DNA from: Takakia lepidozioides | Lineage: Eukaryota > Plantae > Bryophyta | Reading direction: 5' to 3' | NCBI GenBank assembly: GCA_030704615.1 | Contig: CM060732.1 | Coordinates: 29,884,001 to 29,948,000 of the forward strand | DNA length: 64,000 nt | In this document: in pieces, positions 39,701-53,828 of the stretch | Layout of the letters: every line of letters begins with the position of its first letter | Numbering within the stretch: the first letter of the stretch is position 1 | The notes under the pieces: model-generated | Databases searched by the model: none | What the model saw: the letters and a program-made list of their open reading frames with translations, nothing else | What the model was told of the DNA's origin: nothing | Made by a program: the position numbers and the translations under genes

Positions 39701-40746
39701 TGTGCGTAGATATTCTGCTTTGAACTTGACAAGTGTGGGTTCGAGCTCCCTGAACAGTGTACAAGAGAATTGTAAGTTGACACACAATACTTGTGCATCA
39801 TTATGTTGGACTTATTTGGCATACTACTCCTTAGCATAGCACGAGTTTTTTCTTCTTCGCAAAAGATAAGTTCTAAGCGAAGTGAAAACAATTTTGGCCA
39901 AGGCACCCATTTGCCAGTTATTTTGAATACATTGTCGCACTGATCAAATGATGTATATCTAGAACATACAGTGACAGTGGCCATAAGAACTTGTTGTCCT
40001 TACATTGGGCATAACTATGAGCCAAGGCAAAGAAAGAATATTGTATGAAGATTGACAACCATCAACTCAGTCCTGAAATTCCTTTGTTTTTGCAAGTTGC
40101 CAGATCTGTCAACTGGGGGTCCACTGAGAGACTTCCGGAGAAGAAAGAGGGGGTGGCTTAAGAAGAGGGGGCAGTTGCCTACAGCAGCACTTGCATGTGC
40201 TGCTTCCATGATTGGTGACACAGTGGAAGCTGTCCACCGTGTACGGAAAGATGCTGCTGCCCTTGCTTTCAAGCTGGCTGAGCTCCATGCTGGGGATGCC
40301 AAGGCTTTGCGTTCGGCAGCTTCCATCATGCGCCACCATGTCGACTCTCTTCACTCAGATGTCCAGGTAGAGAACTTTTTGGTGCTTGCACATTGGTAGT
40401 GCTCTTATCAAAAATCACATCTTTTACCTTGTAAAGAGGGTGACTTTGTTTATGCCTACTTGGGGTGCTAAATGGAACAGGGTTTTCAATCAGCCTGGGC
40501 GAACAAGGAGGCCAAATATCCATGGCAGCAACTTCTCAAAGAGTTGGTGGTTGCAGTGAGCTTGGTGTCGGGTGCATTTACTGTCCCCACTGTCCTCAAC
40601 GCTCTCAGACGTGTGTTAGGTGAGTCTTGCAGTCTCATGCAGGCTATGGTCACAAGAGGGAGGGAAAGATTAAGAGACAAGGATACAACAGACGAAGGGA
40701 AGGACATCAATGATGGCTTTCTATGGCACATGTTTGTACCATCATA
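36752..40746 (+). CDS. Multi-exon gene of unknown function (candidate exons ~36752-37285, 37495-38253, 38767-39347, ~39590-39700, ~40098-40365, 40481-); ends uncertain
   Basis: Long open exons joined by phase-consistent GT-AG junctions (37285>37495, 38253>38767, 39347>39590). Low-complexity acidic middle; basic patch RRRKRGWLKKR and helical C-terminal region. No family recognised. Confidence 0.55.
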
Positions 40747-43363
40747 GCATGTGCCCATGCAAAGGGAGAATGATATAATCCTCTCACCCATGTATAGCAG
40801 CAATCTTGTACAGATCCTGTACAGCGTAGAAGACCTGCTTTCTGTAACACATTTACTTCACCCACAAATGTGACATGTGGCTATAGCTGCACTGGAAGTC
40901 AACAGAGCGAAAACGTGTGGATATGTACTCATAAGACGTTGTTTGCCCTAGCCATAGACCATAGAGCCCGCGCCCAGTTTGGGCGGAACAAAAGGGACCA
41001 GAAGCTACCTTTGTGAGGGGCTCACTCCTTACCTTGATATAAACAATTAGTTCGGGGCTTTCCATGGACGAAAACACATAAAATTGGAGAAAAAACTAGA
41101 AACCAGGTCTAAAATGCTGCACAAAGAGGGAACAGAAAAACCTTGTGAGGGGCTCACTCCAATAGTGGGACTTACCTTGGTATAAACAAGTGGTTCGGGC
41201 TTCCCAGATTTCCTCTTGAAGCCCTTCACCAAGCATCAAGCTGCTGTGTGAGCTGCCAAGCAATTAGACCCTAACACGGCCAGGGCTTTAGGCTAGGCCT
41301 CGAGAGTTGGTAAACAGAGGTGCAGGGACTATGTTCTTGATGGTCCTGAAGGGGATTGCTCTCTCATGAGAATACCCCAGACACCATCAGGAAATGGTCT
41401 TCCGGCCGCCCAGACAGCATCGACAATCTCCCTGTCCTCCCTGCATCTGTTTATTGTTCTAAGGTAGACTCCCCACCTGAGTTAAAATTTCAGACTAGTG
41501 CTTGGATCTAGGAAAAGAGAGAATCAACTTCATAATAACTACAAGTGGTCCTGAAGGCCCAGGGGACAAAGTAGAAGGATAAAAAATGCCAAACACACCT
41601 TACTGCCTGAAGACGACGTGCCTCATGCAGGTACACTGAAGGCCTGTGTCAAATACTGGGAGTCTCTAAAGAGAGATTATCTTTGGAGGAAGAACTTGAA
41701 ATAATCAAACTTTAATACGAAATCATATAGAAGAATTGTATGGCAAAAAGTGTGGATTTTGCTTTGGGGAAGCAGGGTCCTTTCAGATCCCAGCCACTAG
41801 GAAGGAGAAGATGGTGTTAGCAGCAGTGGTCCTCTCTATCAGTGCACGATTCGGAAGTGGGATTTGGCAGAGCCTGGTATATATTTCTGGCTTTTGCAGG
41901 ATCCCATTGTTGGCATGCAGACTTGGTTTGGTTTACAATGTGTCTTGAATTAGCCACCTGTTTAGCTTCGACACTGTGGAAGAGCAGAGAGGTTGAAGAA
42001 AAGAAGGAATTAAATTTGTTCCACCCACTTGAAGTACCAAGAGTTTGTCTCCGGAATTGGTTTCTTAAATCTGGGACATGGATTCATCATGCCCTGTCAT
42101 CATGCACATCAGTCTATTTTACACTTTAAAGTCTTGAGTGGTATAGGTATGGTTGTGTAGTGTGAAGTGTGAACCACAACATGAACCACATTTAGCAGAG
42201 CACCTTAACAACCTTATGTCTGCGTTGGCAGGGCCATGTCCAATCAATTAAAAAGGATCGAGATGTCCAACTCCGGGAGCAGCTTAGATTAATACTTTGG
42301 CGAACATCAGCTATGTGTACCCTATCTCACCTGAATATGGTCGCTGTGAAGCCATATCACATGAATTCAGAAGACGAAAGGTGTGCGCTCGTTGTAGCAT
42401 AAAGTCTCATAAGAAGGACATGAGCATGAATCAGTGTGAATCAAACTTTCATCAATTTTCAAACACCCTCTTTACTGAAGTGAGGGGGGTTCACTGGTTC
42501 ACTGGTTCACTGGGTTTTTTTGTTTTTATTAAGGGGATGGAAGCCCTTAACATTTTCAGATGCCATAATATGTAGCCTTTTGTTCTTGCATTTATCTGAG
42601 CGCCCAATGAAATATGTACCATTATGTTTATTGCTCTTCAACTTCAACTCCCTCCACAAAAGAAGTTGGACTGAGGGTCTCATTGTTTGAATATTATATT
42701 CCTTGTCTTTAATTTTCCTGTTGCAATTGTGCAAGATGAGATACTAAGATCTTCCCATCACAAGCTCTGCAAAATAACCTTGAACATCCATTGAGCTTGG
42801 TCTTTCACTATCAAACAAAGATTGCCTTTGGAAGAGGCGAAAATGTTGATTTGAAGAACATTCAAATTGTAAGTGTACATATGCTGCACTTGAAGCAGCT
42901 CTCTGCGTCACTAAATTTCCGAGAGAAGAGGTAAGCAGTCATTATTAGGCTCAGCTGATCACTGATTTGAAGTCATTAAGATACTAGTTGAATCTGCAAG
43001 TACTTCTGAAGTAGCAAAATATCAGAAGGTGACTATCTGCTTTGTTATTATACCCTCCCACATCTGTATTGTACACAAGTACACCCTGTGCTAAGGAAGC
43101 AGTTTTCCCCCAGTTGGTTAGTGCCATCAGTAACTATCTTTTCAGCACTGAAGGATGTTTCACCATTCCTTTAATCTCTGTCCGGCAGATTTGTTCTCCA
43201 AACGTTGTAAGCTTCTTTACCACCTTGGAAGGGTAAGGGTGTTTGCTATGTGTCCCATTCGCAGGGTGCTACTCAGGTTGTCTACTAGCCAGATTTCCCT
43301 ACAATTTAACTGTCATCTGTGAGCAGTGGTTTACATATTCATGGAGGAGACGCCAACCTTTGT

Positions 43364-46300
43364 CTAGACACAAACAAGTTGGAGGTCCTCAGGCTTGAAC
43401 ATGTCTGGAGGTAAGAGTTCACGAGAATCTGCCAGGCTGCTCCCTTTACTCTTGGGCTTTACATCTGACAGCATTTGAACCACATCCCGCATGGTTGGGC
43501 GATCTACTGGCAGGTCACTTGAACACAGCAGTGCTACTCTTAGGACCAGCATCACCTCCTGCATTCAAATAGCCAATAACTTTTAGTCCACATTTGGATT
43601 GCCTTGCCAGAATCCTTCCGGAAGTGATTTTCCATTTTGAACTGGTTTTCTACCCTCACATTACTTGCCCGACGTACACATGGCAACTTCACTCTGGGAT
43701 GCTTGGTGTCGATTGTCATGCATAAGAAAGTGGCATACCTGCAGAGGCACACTGACCCCTCCCATTTTGGGGTCCAACACATCCAGCACACCATCCTTCG
43801 TCTGTATTTTCCGCCGCACCCATTGTACTATATCAACACCATCTCCAAACTCCTGCTCAATTGGTCGCTTTCCTGTTAACAGCTCCATCAGCACCACCCC
43901 AAAGCTGTAGATGTCGCTCTTCTCATTGACTTTGAGTGTGTAAGCATATTCTGCAAGGGTCCAAGAAGACAAACAAAAAACCCTGTCAATATCCAGCTCA
44001 CAAAAGCTAGAGCTTCAGTAGTTTTTAATCACTCTCTTTGGCACAGCATCCACAAAACATTTTGAGGAGTCCATCAATAGACTGACATTAGTCACAGCTC
44101 CAGGAAACACTAAACAAAATTTAAAAGTTGGGAGGTACTTGCACCGAGTAACAGGTTAGGGCTAGCTTACCAGGGGCAATATATCCATAGGACCCTGCAA
44201 TAGAAGACATAGATTCCGACTTCCCTGAGTCTTGGAACAGCTTTGCTAGTCCAAAGTCTGCTACATGCGCCTGGAGATTTGAATCCAGCAATATATTGTT
44301 GGACTTAACATCACGGTGCACTATGAGTGGCGAGCAATCATGATGCAAATAGCAGAGGCCATGCGCTGCCTGCACAGCAATGTTGTATCTGTTCCAGTGG
44401 AGCTTGTGTTAAAATGTAGTAGTTTATGCAGGAGAATGATGTGTTTACTTCTCCCTCTCCGTGAATGAAATAAATTCCCTCTCCCCTCTTTGCACCTTGT
44501 GAGCCCCTGGCTACATCTTCATTAGTATTGCCCATAGCCACATGCGGCAAATGTGTGCAAACTACCACTCGCAGATGACACCCAATGAAGTTGACAATGA
44601 TAAAAATTGTAAACTATATGCAACCTTAGACAAGAAGCAGATTGTTTCTTGTTGGTGGACAAGAAATAGATTGAAGGCCATTTTTTGAGTCACAACACTG
44701 GTTGAATGCTGATCTTACAAACTTTCATTGACGCTGAAAAGATTTCAGCTTGTGCATGGCATGGCTGGTTTGACTAGCCTACTCCGTGTTTCAGCTGATA
44801 GGCCAAGGACATAACATCTGCTTACATTTAGGGGACATATGAGGTGTTTCAAAGTGAATTTCAAGTAACAAGAAAGGCTGACCTGGTCTCCCAGTCAAGA
44901 TGGCCTCGCTCCTTGCTGTGAAGAAGCTCGCCTAGGCTCCCATTAGGCATGTACTCATATACCAATAAGTTGGTCTCATGGTTCGAACAGCAGCCCAAGA
45001 GCCTCACAATGTTGCGGTGCCGAATCTTGCCGAGCGTTTGGATCTCAGCTGAGAAGCCGTGGTCATGTGATGCACCCTTCCCTTCCCCTGCAAGCCGTTT
45101 GACAGCTACCATGTCTCCACTTGGCATAACCCCCTTGTAAACTGTACCAGCACCACCTCGCCCAATAATGTTGTCCTCATTCAAGCAATCCAACACCTGA
45201 ATTCATGGTTGCAGGACACAATGATTATAGAACACTTGAATTCTTTGACTCAACAGTTATGATAACTGGCAGAAATACCATTTCTGTGGAAACCAATTCA
45301 ACCACTCCTTCAGAGTTCATGAAAGTCACAAAAAGTCCACATGCATCACTCCAAGCTCAACCTTCCTTCAGTTTCTCCCCCGCTTCTACCTGGATCCTTT
45401 CCAGCCAAATCAATTAACAAGGATGCACGATCCTTGGGTATTTTATGGATCCCACTGAGGGAGTCACACTCATACACATCTTTTCTCGCAAACCAAACCA
45501 ACGGAGAAGTGCCAATTAATATTAATTGGCTGCATCTAAGGAGCAAAACTCACCTGTGAGGCTGAAAAATCCAACCGTTGAAAAGCAGTAAGTTTCCAAG
45601 GCCGTATAGTTGACTGGGTTCGGAAGTAACTGCAAATATACCACCGGTATTTTCTGAAAAAGCAGCACATACCCACTAGGAGGACTAGTAAGGCTGTTGA
45701 AAATAGTGCACCCACTAACCACGCCAAGAGCATCGAGTCATTGCCAGTTTTTGGTCTGTGGGCTGCAGGTAAAGGGGCCGGAACTGCCTGTACAGGGCAA
45801 GGTGGTAGCCCACCACCACACAGCAAAGGGTTACCCTCAAATGCAGATATATTGAAGGAATCAAAATGTGGGATTTGGCCTGAAAGGTTGTTGTAGGAAA
45901 AATCAATAGTGGTTAGACTTTGGAGGAGCTGGAGTTGTGGAGGAATCCGGCCGGTAAAGTAGTTTCGGGATAGGTTCAGAAAGTACAGATCTGGAATGTA
46001 TTCAAGCTGTGGAGGTATGTCTCCTGACAGATCATTGCTGCTAAAATCCAGTGACCCGAGTTTCTTGCAGTTGGCCATCTCAATCGGTACAGACCCAGAA
46101 AAGTTGTTTGAACTAAGATCTAGTTTGTTCAGCTGAGGCATGTCACAAATTTGGGGAGGGATGCTCCCGCTGAATTGGTTTCCCGATATTAAAAACTGCT
46201 GAAGGCTTGGCAGGTTGCCAATGCTTTCAGGAAGATAGCTAGAGAGCTGGTTTTCTGAGAAGTCCAGATAGCCCAGTAAAGGAGAATCAATGATCTCGGA

Positions 46301-49023
46301 AGGTATTGGGCCAGTAATCTGATTGCCTCGGAGTTGCACCATTGTGATGTTTGGAAGTCCAAGCAAACCAAGTGGAATGGAGCCATTGATAAGATTGTTA
46401 CTGAGGCGTAGCTTTGAGAGGCTTTGACAGTTGCCAAGGTTGTCAGGTATAGGGCCAGTTAGGAGGTTGTCTTGTAGAATCAGCCATTGAAGATTCCCCC
46501 CCGCACAAAGATCCTGAGGAATTGTCCCATTCAGTGCATTTGAAGAGAGATCAACCAGAGTGAGATTGAGATTCTGCCCGAGTGTTTCTGGAATATTTCC
46601 TGTAAGTTTGTTTTGCCACAGATACAGCACCTGCAGCACAACAGAGAGTCAGTGTACTAGTAAACAGGCTGAACATATGGTTAGTGGAACTCCACTGTTT
46701 CCACAACAAAGATATGGACCTTGAAATCAGTGTTTCACATGCAACAGGGACAATTCCAAGAGTGGCAGTTACATTTTCTGGAACAATTTTCTTCGGATTA
46801 CATGCAGATGGTTTGAACTCATACTGTAAGATGACATGATGATAGACTCTTCCAAACTTCTACTGATGGAGGTGTAACCGTTTTCCACACCCGTTGCACA
46901 CCACCCACCCCCACCCTTTTCCTGTCCTGCTGCTATGTGCAAGTGTATACTATGGTAGCAGACTTAAACAAGTTTCAACATCGTCTACTACTGACCTGTA
47001 GATTGGGAAGATCTCCAATGTATGATGGAATTACGCCCTCAATCTCATTGCTCATCAAGCTCAGCAGCTCGAGATTCTGCAGATATACGAGATCGTCTGG
47101 AATCTCGCCACCCAACATGTTGTAAGATAGGTCAAGTGACTTGAGATTGACAAGATTTCCCAGATCAGGAGGGATTACACCTGTCAATTTGTTAAGTTGT
47201 AAAAAGAGTGTGTCCAAGTTCGTAAGATTGCCCAAATCTTTTGGTATTGTCCCATTCAACCCGCAGTAGCCAAGGTCCAGCCGAATCAGCTTGGTCAAAT
47301 TTCCAAAAGTTGCAGGAATGCCAGATGAGTAGTTGTTATAGTAGCCCATGTAGAGCTGCTGCAAATCTGGCAGCATCATTACCCAGAGTGCAGTACAGGT
47401 TAGAACTTGGTAAGCAGATCCTTCTTTTAGGTATCAACTTGAGAATGGTGCCAGGACAAGATAGCAAATGAGATTGGAGCACCAAGGATTAGATAAATGG
47501 GAAGTCACCATGCCCTGTGTGGGTGGCCTGTCATTTTAGCTCAGCTGAGAAAGCACCAAGAGGGACTATTGTCCAATACTACTGTTTGATAATGTCCGTG
47601 GGAATGAAGTTTGCCAACTGGACGGAGCATGAGGAGGGAGACAGTTGAGAGTAAGTTCATGTACCTACACATTCTTTCCACACACCTGTAAGTTTGACAG
47701 CATGTCATGAACATATTCTCAGAATCACTCTCACTCACATGTATGTCTCATCTATCTATCCTAAGGAGGAGTGCCTGGAGAAGCACACATACCAGCTAAA
47801 TTTCCAAGTTCCTCGGGAATGGGTCCTGTGAGGGAATTGCCGCTGATACCCATGTAAGTGACGCTTTTAAAGCTGCCATATGCACGAGGTATGCTTCCTG
47901 AAAAGTAGTTTCCTGCCAAGCTCAAGTGTTGCAGGCTGGGTATCTGCCACAGATCCGGAGGGAGTGGCCCAGAGAAATTGTTGTTGAAGCAATCCAGCAC
48001 CTGGACACCATTTTGACACAATAATAGAACCATGTCAGCAGAAAGGATCTTAGTTTCACTCCTTACTTCCTATATTATGAGTCACTCCTCTCTCTACTCA
48101 TCCAGCGGATGTTTAGCCTCCCACAGAGGTAATCACTTCCTATGGAGCCTCTCTTTCTTGTTTCCTGCTTTCTCTTGTCGCATAAGCTCTTTTGAGACCT
48201 CATGAAGTATCATTTGTTTTCTTCGTTATCACCTTTATCAGGAATACTACTGCCAGGCGACGGATCCCATTGTCCCATAAACTCATTCAGATTCCTCTTG
48301 GCCTTTTAAGTCCCTTTCTTCGTTCCTTCCTCCAATAAATTGGTGGTCTCCATTCGCCTGTCCTCTCTTCAGCACATTGGGGGATACACCAACGTTGGAT
48401 ATAGACATGGGAGAGAGAGAGACGACAAGAACGCTTGGTTATTCCTGCGCTCAGATTTTCAGCGAGTACACAAGAAGCCCGAATATATATAAAACAAAAA
48501 GTTTCAGGAGCATTCCCGATAGCCGCATAGAGCTTCCCACATTATTCAATGGGTTCATCATAATGCATACCTCCAAATTCTGAAGTCTGGAAAAATTGGC
48601 AGGGAATGCATTGCTGAAATTGTTATTGGAGATGTTGAGGTACTGTAGGTTGGTGAGATTGACAATCTGAACGGGGAGACTGCCTGTAAAATTGTTTGCA
48701 TCCAGAGATATATTCACCAAGTTTTTCAGCCGACCCACGTTGGGAGAGAGCGATCCCGTCAGGTTCATGTTGGAGAGATCCAGGCCAATAACCACACTGG
48801 AATTCGCCCTGCATGTGATACCACTCCAGTAGCAAGGGGTAGCCTCTCCCGTCTCTTCCCAGTCACCCAGATGGCCTTGGGGATCATTTATTGTAGCCTT
48901 CAGTGAAATAAGGACGACGCCTTCGTATGAGAGAGCCACAGCTGCGCATGCCTGCAGGAGAGAGAGGAGAGAGACGCAAAACAGCAGAAGATTTGACTTC
49001 TGGGTTTTCTCTGAGCTTCCCAT
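43364..49023 (-). CDS. CLV1: CLAVATA1/BAM-like LRR receptor kinase; exons 49023-48571, 48000-47793, 47366-46996, 46630-45554, 45196-44883, 44388-44171, 43950-43739, 43558-43364
   Basis: Signal peptide, [10 protein letters not shown] motif of CLV1/BAM LRRs, [98 protein letters not shown]. Seven GT-AG introns in phase. Confidence 0.93.
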
Positions 49024-49026
49024 ATT

Positions 49027-49060
<34 letters not shown>

Positions 49061-49118
49061 GAAACACAGCTGATGTTACACTTCGTCCAAAACTTCCAAA
49101 ACTTTCACTTTCTATTCA

Positions 49119-49150
<32 letters not shown>
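49027..49150. repeat. (CT)n/(GA)n microsatellites in the 5' leader of the CLV1-like gene
   Basis: Two CT dinucleotide runs of ~30 bp at ~49027-49057 and ~49122-49150, immediately upstream of the ATG. Confidence 0.9.
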
Positions 49151-49157
<7 letters not shown>

Positions 49158-51039
49158 CTTCCCTTCCAATACCGGCTGTCATGTCGGAAGCATTAGCTTT
49201 GGTAACAATGTGCTCACATTCTGCCTTTGCAACTGCGGCCTACAAGTTTGACGGTCCGCTCTTCCTTCTGTTCGTCTTTCACAAAGACCTCTTAGCACCT
49301 GTCCTCTCCCCTCTTCTCACATACCCAGCTGAATCTCCGTCCTGCACACACACAAGTTTGTCCTCCTTTGATTCACGAGTCGCCCATGTAAGCTTCAGCT
49401 ACTCGGTTGTGGGAGCAATTCGCTTTTGTGTAAATTCTCTCAACAAGGGTCAGAACAAAAGGTGGTCGCGTTCTGGCACTGAATTAGGACTGGACAATGG
49501 CGGGTCCCTGCTTAAAGTAATAGTGCACCTCCTCTCCCCCCAACTCATCTCAGGGGCCCACCACGATTGTCTCGTCCGTCACGTTGGATTTCAGCTCAGT
49601 CTACAGCAATCTGAATTCTCTCAGTCTTCGAAGTAGGCAGTCACAAGTAGATTAGCTCAGACTCCCACAGCCTTACGCAGCACAGCTCCCACACTCTTCT
49701 TCCTGTCAAAGCGGTCTCTCTCCAACTACAAGCTGTATGTGGTTATATACTTCTGGACAATAACTCGCCTCACTCTCCTCTTCTCCCTACTATGTGGCTC
49801 TAGAGGCAACTTTCCAAAAGCTTCAGCTCAGTGTGACTCTCTATCGTGGGCTTTACAGCAGCTGTGTGCAAAAGGCCACCGGTCTACTTCCGGACTCTCG
49901 ACTTCCCTCCTCTTTCCCTCCCTCTCGATTCTCTCGGACAATGTCACCTCTGCCACTTTTTCTTTTCTCTTCTCCACACCTCTAATCACGTTTAGTGCAC
50001 CGTCTCTACAGCAACTTCTTGGCATTCTCTCTCCCTCTCAAGATTACAAGCTCTGACTGCCACGTTTTAACTGAGACTCCTGTCTGCTGCAAGTTCGGCG
50101 CGCTCTGTCAGACTGCACTCTTCGTCGTCCTCCACACTGCACCCCTCTGCCATCCTCCTGCTGCTCTCCTCCACTGTACCCCCCCCTCTTATTACTCTCT
50201 ACTCTACACTGCACTATATTATACACCACACTCAGTATCTCTCTCTTCCTACGAAGCACTTGTCGCACCCTGGATGCTACCCACTCTCTCTCCGGCCCAC
50301 CCTTGCGTTGGAATGTCTCTCTCATTCCTGGCCCCATTTGATATGTGTCATTCAGCACCTTGTACATCCAACTAGGTACCAATGTATGGGAACTTTTACT
50401 AAACTGAGTGGGGTGGAGTCCCTGATTTCTTTTCTTTTTTTCACTGATTCCCTCATGATTCCTCCCAACGATCGTGCCCTGCACTCTCTCAGCTCACACT
50501 CTGCACTCACTTGCAGCTTTTTTCAAAGTAAAGCAACCAAAAATTAACCTTGGGGTGACGCCTGGAAATTTTCACAGCCCAACCGGGCAGAGTAAAATAC
50601 CAAATATACCAGAACCCATGTCGATTAGACAAAGGCCAGGCATTCATCATTTTTTGAAATGAAAAGGGGAGGAAACGAGGAAACCCGTCATTTTACAGGG
50701 TGAGTATATGTCAACAAGCAGTGAATAAATTGATCTGGATGTGCACCATCCACTCTCCATGGGCTGTGTTTATTTTAGCACAGCTATCATGGACGACATT
50801 CATCCATATTCGCAGTAACAACAAGACGGCAGTATATTTCCTGCGATACGCTCCACCGTCAGATTCACTTCGTGTACCGGTCGGATGTACCCCGCAAGAC
50901 CCGTTACTCTACCGCCCGCCGCGTAACGCCCGCCGCGAAATTTTCTGGCACGCGCGGCTCCGGGCAGCGCCGTATCCCAAGTACGGGCAGACTACGAGCG
51001 TAGAGTGAATATTAGCGTATTTATTGGCGGGTGGTGTTG

Positions 51040-51097
51040 GGTCAAAGTGTATGGGATAATTAATAGCCAGTCAAATGCGGTCAAAGCCGCAGTCAAA
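51040..51097 (-). promoter_or_regulatory. Cluster of four W-box motifs (TTTGACY)
   Basis: GGTCAAA 51040, AGTCAAA 51069, GGTCAAA 51079 and AGTCAAA 51091, all in the same orientation, ~2 kb upstream of the CLV1-like ATG. Confidence 0.45.
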
Positions 51098-53563
51098 GCC
51101 CCCCGCCCCCTGCATTCCTTTGGCCCCACAACCCTCCCTTGTTTTCCCTGTGCTTATCACTACCACATTTTACGGACCTTTTTGCAGCTTCACACGTAAC
51201 CCCCCCGTATTCCACTTGTGTACACTACACTGGCCACGGCTGCCTGTACTGTGAATGTGTTGACATGCAGGCCCCACAGCCAAGGTCCCACTAATAACTT
51301 GAATTATGTGCAGCAGTGAGGCGTAATGCCACCCTTCCTCGCTCCATTAAACTCAATCATGAGCAGCCGCCATTCTCACAATACTCTAATGCACTGTAAT
51401 GTAGCAGCCTGCTTGCTCCCTCACTTGATTGCGTTCTTCATCACGCTTCTCCTTCACGCTTCTACTTGTTTCATGCTCCAGCCTTCAACTATACTCCATT
51501 CCATCATGTAACTCACTAACTTCATACGCTTATCCAAATGTATTGAATGAATGTGGTTAGGTATAATGTGGTTCAGAGTTCAGAGCTCAGAGCTCTGAGC
51601 TCTGCTGAGCAGTAAGTTCTGTTATTTCTTCATTATTGCGGTTGCTCAGGCCTTATTACTTATTACCCCCATAAAAACAAAGGAATACGGATGAATGAAG
51701 TTTAGAATGCCGGGAGCAAGCCTACAAACGAATGAAAACTATATTGACGAAGTCTTTACTCTTCAAAGGTGAGTCTTTACTCTGGCATGCATAGCGAAAT
51801 GAGGAGTAAATCATGGGCGCAAGTCAGGACAGCCGCCATCCCAGCAATCAACCAACCGAATCTGGGATTATAATAACCATCAACTATTAAAAACTGGTTG
51901 ACTGCATTAAAAGGTCCCACAAAGTGGAGAAGAAACAGCGTTTGACTAAAATTTAAGAGGGGGGGGGGTTAGCGTCAGAAGCGGCCAAATGTCTTAAGTG
52001 TTTGACTAAACTTGGACGTAGCGAGTTACTAATCGCAGACCGAGTTAATGCCTAAGCGACCCACTAGTCACTAATCAGCCCGGTCGGCCCAAATCAGCCA
52101 CCACATGTTTTATTTAGGAGCGAACAGGGTGTGGCTATACTTGGCGACTGCAACTTTGGTCCACCAACTTTAGCTGCAAACGATATGGGATAATGTTGCG
52201 CGTATTTTTATTTTCATGGATTCTCAGAGCCCCTCAGTTGCTATACCAAACTTGGTGTTTCTGGTATTTTCACATACTAATTGTGTCCCGGGATGGATGG
52301 ACAGAATAAAGTTGAGATGAAAAGCAGGGCCTGCGTTTATTCATTCCGGCACATGCTCTCTCTGTCTGAACGAGCACCGACCCTATATACACGATGGGGA
52401 TCCAATGGTGCACATTGTAAGCCACACCATCCAACGGTCAGGAGGCAGGGACGTGGGTCATAAGGTAGTAACCCTAAGAATGGGCCTGACAATGTCGGCC
52501 GCGATCCAATGCGCGCTCGCAGGATCCCCCCGACTCGACAGCCACGTGGCCGCCATCCAGCTACTCGAGCGATTCTCTGGGCGCCCACCAGGTGGTGCTG
52601 GGTTCGAATTCGTATCAGCCAATGCGATTCTCCGATTTGAATAGGTAACCCTACCCGACAGCGCCGTATGAAACTAGGGTTTACATGTCCGCGCGGGTTT
52701 CTAAACACGTGTCTGATGACAGGTGACGTTGATGGCACATGGCCATCCTGCGCACAATCTCTGCCATATTCTTACCGCCGCCTTTCAAATTCCCCCCCGT
52801 CTTCCAGTTTTACCCCAACCAAGTTTGCAAAAATTTGCTCACAGATAATGTCGGATGAAAAGACAAGTCATCCATAATCTGCCATATTAGGGCTACCGAG
52901 TGTTTCCGTGCTTAAACGTGTTGAGCTTTGTACTTAATACTGCCCAAAGAGAGACAAAATCTCCTTAATCGCCCACTGGTTCTTAAGTAGAAACTTGCAA
53001 CGGATGCTTCAGCTCAAGTACCTTACCTGGCACTGACTACATTCGTACATTCCCTTGAGCTTAAATAAGTAATAACTGTTAATCCAGGGGAATTAGGAGA
53101 AAAGCCCGTTTATTGTATTACAATGTACTAGCGCGCATTGAGTGGGTACGGGTCCAAGACTTTTGGGCTAACGAGAGAAGCACAGCTGGACACGCCAGGT
53201 AAGGTGGCTTCAGGTGCTGTACTGCCAGGTGTAGACTATTTGAAGTACAGCAACATTTTGGGAACATGTTCCCTAAAAGTTCGAATGGAATGGAGCAAGT
53301 GGTAGTAGGTTACTAGTGAGTAGTGTGTCCGTGGCCTCGTTACTAGTAAGTTGGTGTGCACGAGAGAGCGCCCAAGTCGAGGTCTTGAATGGGGCACACA
53401 AGGATCGAGGTGTTGGCACTTGAGTGTCTGGACTCGGATGGGCAAGCGACAAGTGCGACAGTTAAGGGGGGTGTTTAGAGCGAGGGTATGGTGACCTAAT
53501 TCTGTTTGCACATGTGAGGCCTGTCTTGTCAGGGAGGGTGTATTGCTGGAAAGTAGGGTCAAT

Positions 53564-53828
53564 GGGCAGCAGAGTTATTTCTTAAGAAATTTACGAGTGC
53601 CTACGGAGTTTTGCAAAAAATAGTGGTACATTTTTGTTCATCCACTGAAATTCATCCACCTCTGTACTTCAATCCATTTATATCATCCATATCTGGAGAA
53701 TTCATCCATTATTTATTAATTATTTGGAGAAATTTTTGATTTCATCCAAGAAAAACAGAGAATTTTCAAGAGAATATTCCATTCTATTTTTTGAGGTCGA
53801 AATTCGTCACTAAGAAAAAACGCTGCCC
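53564..53828. mobile_element. Small MITE-like element
   Basis: Imperfect TIR (CAGAGTTATTTCTTA vs reverse complement CAGCGTTTTTTCTTA, with GGGCAGC/GCTGCCC flanks). AT-rich interior with ~5 TCATCCA motifs inside GC-richer sequence. No clean TSD. Confidence 0.6.

Noticed and set aside
49025-50547. Leu/Ser-rich plus-strand ORFs upstream of CLV1-like
   Set aside because: Products of CT-rich leader/promoter composition.
51581-51604. Perfect 24-bp palindrome CAGAGCTCAGAGCTCTGAGCTCTG
   Set aside because: Built from a 7-bp microrepeat; too short for a miRNA precursor and no other support.
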